A stretch of DNA of 64,000 nt, from contig OZ244197.1 in NCBI GenBank assembly GCA_965216785.1, positions 2,016,001-2,080,000 on the forward strand, given 5' to 3'. This document shows, piece by piece, positions 1-7,754 of the stretch; within the stretch, counting starts at the first letter, position 1; each line of letters opens with the position of its first letter. Below the pieces are notes generated by a model, which worked only from the letters and a program-made list of their open reading frames with translations, made no database searches and had not been told where the DNA came from. Source of the stretch: Thermodesulfobacteriota bacterium. GTDB taxonomy: Bacteria; Desulfobacterota_D; UBA1144; Nemesobacterales; UBA2774. The position numbers and the translations under genes are program-made.

Positions 1-23
1 TTGGTGGCAAACTCAAAACTACA

Positions 24-1265
24 GTGATAGGCAAAGGTTTAACTGATGAAGAAGCTCCAAAACTGTTTGGATTTATTAAAGAACTATCAAGCGAGCTAGG
101 TTCCATTGCACCTAACAATATAATTATAGGTCTAGAACCCAATTTTTATGTTACTAGCAGCGATGTTTATCTAGCTAACGAACAGAAAAATTACTCAGGT
201 GAGACACTTTATATATCATCAGCACTTGCTCGTCTACTGACAGTTGAAGAATTATCCGCAGTTATTGGCCATGAACTTGGTCATTTTAGAGGTGAGGACA
301 CTAAATATTCAACTAAGTTTGCCCCCCTCTACGCTGGACTAGGTAATGCAATATTATCAATCTCTTCAGAAAATGAGGGTTCTAGTTCTTTAGCTAATTT
401 ACCGGCTGTAACATTGCTATCGTATATGTATGATGTATTCAATAACAATGTCTCTACAATCAGTAGGGTTCGTGAATTTAAAGCAGATCAAGCAGGAGTT
501 GAAGCCTCTAACGCTTTAGCTTTATCTACTGCTTTATTAAAGGTGTCTCTTTATGCTTTATTCTGGAATCATCTTAGACAACAAAATGTTGAAAAATTAA
601 ACCAAGGCAAGGTAAGCAAGAATCTGGGTATCGTCTTCGAAGAATTTGTAAAGTATGGTATAGAAAGCCAGGACTTAGATAAGATTATCAATAGTATTAA
701 AGATTTTGATATACCTCACCCTACCGATACTCATCCACCTGTTTCAGAAAGACTCTCCGAGATTGGTATAGATATAAATTCCATAGCAAAGGATATGTTA
801 ACAACTCCTTCAGACTCTGCTTACAGTTTAATAGACAACTGTGAAGACTGGGAAGAAGAATTAACTGTATTTGAACATAAATTAATGTATGCATTAGGAT
901 TAGTAGAGCACAAGAATGAAGAAAAGAAAGATGAAAATCAATTGCTAACAATAATGTATTGTTTGGCTGCAAAAATGATAAGTGCTGATGGTAAGATCGA
1001 AGAAAATGAAATAATAGTAGCAGAAGAAATTGGTAGACAACTATTTGAAGAATTTGATGCTACTGAGTTCCGTGAATATTGTAACAATCCAAATCGATTA
1101 CTAGATATACTAAGAATGTCTGCAGTACTAGCTGATATACTTGACGCTGATCAAAAAAATATCATCATAGATTATCTTCATTCTATAGCAAAAGCCGATG
1201 GCGAAGTTTCAATTGAAGAAGAGGAATTGTTATCTAAGATTAAAACAGCATTAATGATAATTTGA
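24..1265 (+). CDS. M48 (HtpX-like) zinc metalloprotease fused to a C-terminal TerB-like domain; probably 5'-partial
   Basis: HELGH zinc motif, REFKAD third ligand, THPP motif; C-terminal ADGKIEENE and IAKADGEVSIEE TerB motifs; frame is open from position 3. Confidence 0.8.
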   Translation: MIGKGLTDEEAPKLFGFIKELSSELGSIAPNNIIIGLEPNFYVTSSDVYLANEQKNYSGETLYISSALARLLTVEELSAVIGHELGHFRGEDTKYSTKFAPLYAGLGNAILSISSENEGSSSLANLPAVTLLSYMYDVFNNNVSTISRVREFKADQAGVEASNALALSTALLKVSLYALFWNHLRQQNVEKLNQGKVSKNLGIVFEEFVKYGIESQDLDKIINSIKDFDIPHPTDTHPPVSERLSEIGIDINSIAKDMLTTPSDSAYSLIDNCEDWEEELTVFEHKLMYALGLVEHKNEEKKDENQLLTIMYCLAAKMISADGKIEENEIIVAEEIGRQLFEEFDATEFREYCNNPNRLLDILRMSAVLADILDADQKNIIIDYLHSIAKADGEVSIEEEELLSKIKTALMII

Positions 1266-1322
1266 TAGTAGAAGACTATTAATGATATTCACTGTACTGC
1301 TTCCCCACAGGTTATAAAAAAC

Positions 1323-1517
1323 AAATTTTGCAAAATTATACTTCCGTATCTATATGGGATGACTCAATATCGTAGTTTAATCAATATAGCATTTTGTTTG
1401 AATGAACCTTGTCTATTATATATTCAGGGATAGTGGTCTCTTATATATATACATTTGCTACACCATCTATACTAAGCTCTATAAAGATCTAGAAAGTGTA
1501 GGAGAAGTAGATAAAAA
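1323..1517 (+). repeat. Intergenic repeat blocks A (1323-1410) and B (1431-1517)
   Basis: GCATTTTGTTTGAATGAACCTT recurs with one extra T at 5737-5759; TACATTTGCTACAC recurs at 7647-7660; AAAGTGTAGGAGAAGTAGATAAAAA recurs with 2 mismatches at 4018-4042. Confidence 0.8.
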
Positions 1518-1753
1518 AGAGATAGGCAAAAGGACCTTTAATTTCTTATAGTAGTAAAACGCCCTTGCGCTAATATAGAAGTGATTTTAGTTTAAAAGTG
1601 TTTAGGAGAAAAATACTTTAAGATATATTCATAGATATGTACTGGAACCCTAGGACTGTCGAGTTTATGTAAGAGTTGATTTTCAAGCTTAGTTTGTGAT
1701 ATAGTCGAGTTATTATTGAGTTATTCGATTATTTTTCGGGATTTGGGTTAAGG

Positions 1754-2485
1754 ATGAGAAATACATTAATACTGATAGTGGTCGCTACTCTATTGTCTTG
1801 TATAACACATATATCGGCACTATCTGACGAAACTGAAGTTCCTCAGGAAATTATTAAAGTCGTGTCTGGTATCTGTAAAGGAGATATTGAATGCAATATA
1901 GAGGAGTGTGATAAGTATTATTCAGATAATTTAGATAAAAAGGATAAGTGCTCAAAAGAATCTTTAAATTTCTATGAACAATCTAAAGAGCAAACGAAAG
2001 ACACTCCAGAAACTCCTGAACAGAAAGAATACACAGATTCAAAGTGGACTGTTGACCGTTCAAGCTCCAAGATGGATGACAGCAAATCAATAACTTTAAT
2101 GTTGAATGCTGAGAACTCAATAACAGACTGGGTCAACCAACAAACCACTCCTATATTAATCATTAGGTGTAGGGAAAATAAAACAGAGTTAGTTGTATAT
2201 ACAGGTATGTCTGCAAATCCAGAATATGGGTTATATGGAGAGAGTTCGGTAAGAGTCAGGTTAGATGACAATAAAGCTCAAAAACAACGTTGGAGCGAAT
2301 CAACCAGTAATAAGGCACTGTTTGCACCAAAGCCAATAGAACTAGCAAAGAAGATAAACAAATCCCAGAAGATGCTCTTTGAATTTGTCCCATATCAACA
2401 AGGATCAACGTTAATAGAATTTGATGTTAGGGGATTAGACCCATATTTAAAGGAACTTTCAGAAACCTGTAATTGGAAGCTGTAG
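1754..2485 (+). CDS. Exported protein with a VasI/TagO-like C-terminal domain
   Basis: Signal peptide; KWTVDRSSSKMDDS...LIIRCRENKTE pattern resembles the T6SS_VasI family. Confidence 0.55.
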   Translation: MRNTLILIVVATLLSCITHISALSDETEVPQEIIKVVSGICKGDIECNIEECDKYYSDNLDKKDKCSKESLNFYEQSKEQTKDTPETPEQKEYTDSKWTVDRSSSKMDDSKSITLMLNAENSITDWVNQQTTPILIIRCRENKTELVVYTGMSANPEYGLYGESSVRVRLDDNKAQKQRWSESTSNKALFAPKPIELAKKINKSQKMLFEFVPYQQGSTLIEFDVRGLDPYLKELSETCNWKL

Positions 2486-2531
2486 TTCAATTTAGTTGAA
2501 GTAATTTTATAAGTTGATTGGAGGAATTTAT

Positions 2532-3164
2532 ATGGCTGCTAAAGTCTTCTACACTGTATTCTTCTTATGCCTTATATCTGTAGCTACTTCAATTCCCAAT
2601 ATTGCTCAAGATAATTCTAAGACACAATGCAAAGGATTGCAGACTAATGAAAGGATAAGCGCACTTGGGTTAGAACTTGGAATGTGCATTGATGATGTGA
2701 TAAGTGAATACTCAAAGCATAATACAAATTCACTAGGAGAAAACAAGAGTAGCTTGCCCAATATTAAGTTATATACTGTAGGGTATATTGGTAAACCACC
2801 ACCTGAAAAAGAAGATTTGTTTAGTTCTAATGTATTGCTAACTTTTTATCATGATACTCTCATAAAATTTAGTGGAATATTTTATTACAAAAATTCAACT
2901 AGCAATAAGTGGGCCTTTGAGACGTTAAATGATGTACTTTCTAATAAGTATGGTGCTGGTGAATACGATAAATCATATCAACTTAGTGGTAAGACTTATC
3001 AATATTCTAAATTTTGGGTTAGTAGAGGAACTCAAATACATTTGGAGATTAAACCAAAGTACCCTCAAGCCTTAAATATTGTTTATGTTAACATAGATAA
3101 GTATCAAAAAATCTTAGAAGAAGAAGAAAAAAGTCAATTAGAAAAATATGGTGAAGGCTTTTAG
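2532..3164 (+). CDS. Hypothetical exported protein
   Basis: GGAGG RBS before ATG 2532; hydrophobic signal peptide. Confidence 0.7.
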   Translation: MAAKVFYTVFFLCLISVATSIPNIAQDNSKTQCKGLQTNERISALGLELGMCIDDVISEYSKHNTNSLGENKSSLPNIKLYTVGYIGKPPPEKEDLFSSNVLLTFYHDTLIKFSGIFYYKNSTSNKWAFETLNDVLSNKYGAGEYDKSYQLSGKTYQYSKFWVSRGTQIHLEIKPKYPQALNIVYVNIDKYQKILEEEEKSQLEKYGEGF

Positions 3165-3233
3165 TTGAAACATCGGGTTTCTGAAGAGGCTTTTGGGAAA
3201 CGATGAGATTAATAGTATATACAGAGGGGTAAA

Positions 3234-4019
3234 GTGAGAATAGTTGTAGCAATTATTCTAGGTATTATGGGCGGCTTTCTAGTATATTTTGAACTAGCTA
3301 TGCTATTCACCAAAATGGGTGAAATGCCTTCAAGTATATTTGTTGGAGTGACATTTTTCGGAGGTTGGGTAGTTACTTCTTATTTGATGGTTAAGGGTAC
3401 TAAGACGGTCACAAAAGTTATTTCTAGGGGATTTTTAATTGGAGCAGCACTTTGGTTAGCTCTGATTCCTGTTGGAATTATTTATACTGGTAGTGTAATA
3501 GGAGAGTTGGACCCTAAATCTGATGCTGAACTTGTTGGAGCTACATTGGGTGGTGGAATTATAGGATTGTTAACTGGTGGAGTTGCCATAGGTATGGCAT
3601 TGGTCTGTTTAATTGGATTTGCGGTAAGTTATTCTCTAGGTCGTGAGATGAAGCCAGAAGTGGACGAAGATACTATGAAATGCCCTTTTTGTGCAGAACT
3701 TATCAAGAAAGAAGCTAAAAAATGTAGATATTGCGGGACTGAACTTAATGTGCAAATTGAATCCAATAACGACAACTCAGTACAACAATATGTTGCAAAT
3801 TCTAGCTCATACGAAAAAGCTAAAGTATCATGGTCAAGCACAAAACTGAGAAGTGAACCAGATGCTAAGTCAAATATTATTGTGCATCTTGATGAGGGAA
3901 CTAAGGTTGACATAATCGAAGAAACGAATGATTGGTATCATGTTAAAAATTCGGAAATGGATATTGATGGTTGGCTTTGGAAAAATTCGATTGAAATAAT
4001 ATTAGACAAAAATGTGTAA
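3234..4019 (+). CDS. Membrane protein with zinc ribbon and C-terminal SH3 domain
   Basis: Four TM segments; CPFCAE...KKCRYCG zinc ribbon; LRSEP...WYHVK...GWLW SH3-like motif. Confidence 0.8.
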   Translation: MRIVVAIILGIMGGFLVYFELAMLFTKMGEMPSSIFVGVTFFGGWVVTSYLMVKGTKTVTKVISRGFLIGAALWLALIPVGIIYTGSVIGELDPKSDAELVGATLGGGIIGLLTGGVAIGMALVCLIGFAVSYSLGREMKPEVDEDTMKCPFCAELIKKEAKKCRYCGTELNVQIESNNDNSVQQYVANSSSYEKAKVSWSSTKLRSEPDAKSNIIVHLDEGTKVDIIEETNDWYHVKNSEMDIDGWLWKNSIEIILDKNV

Positions 4020-4089
4020 AGTGTAGGAGATGTGGATAAAAAGTTATAGAGTCATAATATGATCGAACCTGAGGCTGATAGCAGCTATA
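4018..4089 (+). repeat. Right half of repeat B followed by a frameshifted copy of micro-ORF C
   Basis: AAAGTGTAGGAGATGTGGATAAAAA (4018-4042); ATGATCGAACCTGAGGCTGATAGCAGCTAT (from 4059) aligns to 5523 and 6514 with a 1-nt insertion. Confidence 0.75.
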
Positions 4090-4170
4090 ACTAAGAATGT
4101 CTGTAGTAACTAATAATTTTTATTTGTAGCATTATAGGAACTATTCATTGTAAATAAAAGGGGATTGATT

Positions 4171-5508
4171 ATGAACCATATACAGAGCTCAAAAATTTTT
4201 TTTGGCCTTTTAAATCTAATGGTACTTTTTGTTTCTGTGTTTCTTATTCTCAATCAAACCACTCAGGCGCAACAGATTGTTTGTCCTGAAAACTTAATAG
4301 AACAGATTACAAATGACCCAGATGACGTAAGTGAGAGACCTTCGATTAGCGCTGATGGAAATCATATTGCTTTTGATTCAACAGCTAATTTCAATGGTGG
4401 TAATCAAGACGGAAATAACGAGATATATATTTTCAATACTTTAACTGGCATGTTCACTCAGATAACGGATGAAACATCTGGAATTAGTATAGATGCTTCT
4501 GTAAATGCCAACGGAACACGTGTTGCCTTTGAATCTACAGAGAACATAAACGGTGGTAATCCCGATCAAGGAACTGAGGTATTCCTTTTTGATACTATAA
4601 CGGGTGTATTTACACAGATAACAGATGGACCCGATGTCTTTGTGTTTAGTGCTGACGCTTCCATAAACGCAGATGGCACTCGAATTGCTTTCCGTAGCGA
4701 TCTAGATATTACTGGGGGTAACCCTGAAGGGAATCCCGAAATTTATCTTTTTGATACAACTACAGCGACATACATGCAAGTAACTAATGAGATCATGGGC
4801 TTTAGTATTGAACCATCTATAAACGCAGATGGAACACGCATTGCATTTGAGTCCACTGCTAATATCAACGGCGGTAATCCTGAAGAAAATACTGAATTAT
4901 ATCTTTACGATTCAACGGCGGGAATAATAACCCAAATTACTTTTGGGACTGTGGGGTCTAGCGGTGACGCTTCTATAAATGCGGATGGTACACGTGTTGC
5001 TTTTCGTTCTAACTTAAACATTAATGGCGGGAATCCTGATAATTCTGATGAGATTTACATCTTTGATACAACGACAGGAACATTCACACAGGTAACGAAT
5101 GAAACAGGGTTTAACGGAGACCCTTCAATAAATGCAGACGGCACACTTGTTACTTTTCAATCTAGTTCAAACATTAACGGTGGAAACCCAGGGGTAATTA
5201 TACAGATATACCTATTTGATTCAACAACAGGCATAATTACACAGATAACGAATGAGACCTCCATCGGAAGTTTGTTTCCATCGATAGATGCAAATGGTTC
5301 ACGTATAGCTTTTGAGTCTGCTGAAAACATTAACGGTGGGAATCCTGATGGATTCTCTCAAATTTACCTTGCGCATTGTTTTGACCCTACTAAAACTAGG
5401 AACATTCCAACATTGAACTTTGTAGGTATTGTAACACTTTCAGGAATTTTAGGGATAATAAGTCTGTTTGCAATACGTAGAAGGAAATCGGTATATAGGT
5501 ATATATGA
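4171..5508 (+). CDS. TolB/WD40-like beta-propeller repeat protein with IPTL-CTERM sorting signal
   Basis: About 8 repeats of SINADGTRIAF...NINGGNPD...EIYLFD; C-terminal RNIPTL + TM helix + RRRK. Confidence 0.85.
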   Translation: MNHIQSSKIFFGLLNLMVLFVSVFLILNQTTQAQQIVCPENLIEQITNDPDDVSERPSISADGNHIAFDSTANFNGGNQDGNNEIYIFNTLTGMFTQITDETSGISIDASVNANGTRVAFESTENINGGNPDQGTEVFLFDTITGVFTQITDGPDVFVFSADASINADGTRIAFRSDLDITGGNPEGNPEIYLFDTTTATYMQVTNEIMGFSIEPSINADGTRIAFESTANINGGNPEENTELYLYDSTAGIITQITFGTVGSSGDASINADGTRVAFRSNLNINGGNPDNSDEIYIFDTTTGTFTQVTNETGFNGDPSINADGTLVTFQSSSNINGGNPGVIIQIYLFDSTTGIITQITNETSIGSLFPSIDANGSRIAFESAENINGGNPDGFSQIYLAHCFDPTKTRNIPTLNFVGIVTLSGILGIISLFAIRRRKSVYRYI

Positions 5509-5522
5509 AACAGGATATTACT

Positions 5523-5651
5523 ATGATCGACCCAGAGCTGATAGCGGCTATTTTAAAAGAAATTGAAAAGTCAGAAGAGAAAGAAGAATTAAGTGAAGAG
5601 CTAGATTCTGATATAAGTAACGATCATAAATCTGAAGATGAAAATAATTAG
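5523..5651 (+). CDS. Acidic 42-aa micro-ORF (repeat C, copy 1) MIDPELIAAILKEIEKSEEKEE...
   Basis: AGGA RBS; paralogous to 6514-6615; below the ORF-track length cutoff. Confidence 0.55.
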   Translation: MIDPELIAAILKEIEKSEEKEELSEELDSDISNDHKSEDENN

Positions 5652-5670
5652 TCCTTCTTGTAAATTATCG

Positions 5671-5759
5671 AAATTTTGTAAAAATTCCCCCTCGTATCAA
5701 TATAGGATTGCAGTATTCATTTCTTGATATAAAAATGCATTTTTGTTTGAATGAACCTT
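5671..5759 (+). repeat. Repeat block A, copy 2
   Basis: AAATTTTG.AAAA...CGTATC.ATAT.GGAT...GCATTTT(T)GTTTGAATGAACCTT shared with 1323-1410. Confidence 0.8.
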
Positions 5760-5764
5760 CTCTT

Positions 5765-6013
5765 TTACTTCTTAAAGTAGTAAGACTCAACACGCTTTAT
5801 AAAAACACTAGGCTTTACATCTAATCCTTTAGCTATCTTGAAGATAGTATCAATGCTGGGCTGTCTTTTCTTGCCTTCTAAAAAAGCTATATATGTTGGA
5901 TGAAGTTTAGCTCCATAAGCCACTTGCTCTTGAGTCAACTCCTTTTCCAGACGGATAGTTCTTAATGCCCTTGCAAAAGCTGAGACCAGATTTTTATTTT
6001 TACGGCTAGCCAT
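5765..6013 (-). CDS. XRE-family HTH transcriptional regulator (C-protein-like)
   Basis: LRTIRLEKELTQEQVA...TYIAFLEG...QPSIDTIFKIAKGLDV; AAGGA RBS before ATG 6013. Confidence 0.85.
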   Translation of the reverse strand: MASRKNKNLVSAFARALRTIRLEKELTQEQVAYGAKLHPTYIAFLEGKKRQPSIDTIFKIAKGLDVKPSVFIKRVESYYFKK

Positions 6014-6151
6014 ATTTAATCTATTCCTTAACTTGTAATAATCTGGTATGATCCTGACTAGCACCATAGACTACATATCAAGTTATAAAATTTGTCTAAG
6101 GGGAATATTTTGACTATTAAGTGTGTTGGATCTCAATTAGGGGGTATACAA

Positions 6152-6499
6152 ATGCAAAAGATATTACTCTTTGGGATGTTGACGGTTTTCTTAGTAACTG
6201 GATGTATATATAGCAATCAAGTAGATAGAGAAGCCTATCTTGAGAAGAATCAACATTTACCTGAAAAGACAAAAACAGCAGTTAGAAATAAGAAGATATT
6301 TGTGGGAATGGACTTAGCATCAGTTATAGCCTCATGGGGCTACCCTCAAGACAGTTCAAAGTCTGTGGGTAGATATGGAAATTATATGCATCTGCGTTAT
6401 CAGCGTCTTATTAGTGGTGTATGGAGAACATATGCATCAGTTGCTTTAGAGCAGGATGGATTTGGTGTATGGAGAGTCACTAGAATATCTCAAAGGTGA
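6152..6499 (+). CDS. Small lipoprotein, SmpA/BamE-like
   Basis: Lipobox VTGC; IFVGMD..SVIASWGYP pattern. Confidence 0.65.
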   Translation: MQKILLFGMLTVFLVTGCIYSNQVDREAYLEKNQHLPEKTKTAVRNKKIFVGMDLASVIASWGYPQDSSKSVGRYGNYMHLRYQRLISGVWRTYASVALEQDGFGVWRVTRISQR

Positions 6500-6513
6500 A
6501 ATTTAGGTAAAAA

Positions 6514-6615
6514 ATGATAGACTCAGAGCTGATTGCAGCAATTTTAGAAGAAATAGAAAAGCTGGATAAGGAAGAAAATTACCCTAAAAGTATAGATATA
6601 CTAATTGATATTTGA
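6514..6615 (+). CDS. Acidic 33-aa micro-ORF (repeat C, copy 2) MIDSELIAAILEEIEKLDKEE...
   Basis: AGGT RBS; 14 of the first 16 aa identical to 5523-5651, with several synonymous codon changes. Confidence 0.55.
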   Translation: MIDSELIAAILEEIEKLDKEENYPKSIDILIDI

Positions 6616-6631
6616 TCATGTAAATTTGGAT

Positions 6632-7549
6632 TTACTTTTTATTTGCATTATATGATTGTCTTATCAAAGATAATATATATTCAAAGTTCTCATCGTCTGT
6701 AATTCTTACCTCATAGTCTCCATTCCCCCAATGACCTATATTTGTGACATTTCTTGCAATTTTTTTAGGGTCATCCAATTCTCCATCACTCAGATTTAAA
6801 AAGCACCTTAATGCATTCCGCTGAATTACAATATCTATGATATTGGTTGTACCTATGAAAGCTAAATATAATTTTTTAGGTTTAAGATCAATATCACCCA
6901 TACTTAGTATTGCTGTTTTTAATTTTTCATAAAGCTCCAGACTTTCTACAGAGCCTAGTTCTAAATGTTCATTTTCTGTATAAATCTTGATTTCCTTGCT
7001 GATTTTTTCATAGGATTTCTCTTGATTGCTGATCGTCTTAACGCTTTCTTGGGCCTCTATAGGTTTAATTTGATGATATACAACTACCCCATTTTCATAC
7101 TTCTTAATTTCCCATAATTCAATAGGTAAATCTTTGAAGTTTATTGATGCTTTTTGGTAATTTGTATATGAAGGGGAGATGAATATTACTTTAGATTGGG
7201 ACCACTCTATATCGTCTCTTTTTAACGTTTTTGATTTTCCTTCGTTGTACTCCAATATAAAGTCTGCTTTGTTGTTGAGCATCAAAGAAAGATAAGCAAA
7301 ACCTTGGTCAATCACGCTGAAATTTCTATCTTTCTTATACTCTATTATAACAAATGACCATGATTCATTATCGAAGGCAAGGGTATCAATTCTAAAATTC
7401 GTCAAAGAAAATTCATTCCGAACTAATTCTAACCCAAATATTGATCCTAGATTTTGTTCAGTAAGCTTTTGAATATCCTTTTCTAATTTAAACGTCTCTT
7501 CTTTTATGAGTTGTAACTTGTGCTTGTTCAGTAGCTTGAATGTTGGCAT
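6632..7549 (-). CDS. PD-(D/E)xK (NucS/Mrr-like) nuclease with C-terminal DUF5655-like domain
   Basis: E...RIDTLAFD...VIIEYKK...QGFAY motif; C-terminal GHWGNGDYEV. Confidence 0.75.
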   Translation of the reverse strand: MPTFKLLNKHKLQLIKEETFKLEKDIQKLTEQNLGSIFGLELVRNEFSLTNFRIDTLAFDNESWSFVIIEYKKDRNFSVIDQGFAYLSLMLNNKADFILEYNEGKSKTLKRDDIEWSQSKVIFISPSYTNYQKASINFKDLPIELWEIKKYENGVVVYHQIKPIEAQESVKTISNQEKSYEKISKEIKIYTENEHLELGSVESLELYEKLKTAILSMGDIDLKPKKLYLAFIGTTNIIDIVIQRNALRCFLNLSDGELDDPKKIARNVTNIGHWGNGDYEVRITDDENFEYILSLIRQSYNANKK

Positions 7550-7627
7550 TTTAAAAGTTGTAAGATTCTATGGTTCTTTTTATATCATATTTGATCATCA
7601 TAATTCAAGACCATAAATAACTATATT

Positions 7628-7700
7628 GGAGTGTCTCTTCTTCTGCTACATTTGCTACACTATCTACACTGAGCTGTGAAATGGTGTAGTTAGTGTAGAA
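7628..7700. repeat. Repeat block B with a 15-bp inverted repeat made of CTACAC/GTGTAG units
   Basis: CTACACTATCTACAC (7655-7669) versus GTGTAGTTAGTGTAG (7684-7698), one mismatch. Confidence 0.75.
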
Positions 7701-7754
7701 AGGGGATTCCTTTATTGTGTTGAAATAATGAGATAGAATGTTATCTAACTAGAT

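Noticed and set aside
1754-2485. Type VI secretion locus
   Set aside because: Only a lone VasI-like domain; no tss core genes in the window.
4300-5370. CRISPR-like or tandem DNA repeats
   Set aside because: Degenerate in-frame propeller-blade repeats within one CDS; no constant repeat with unique spacers and no cas genes.
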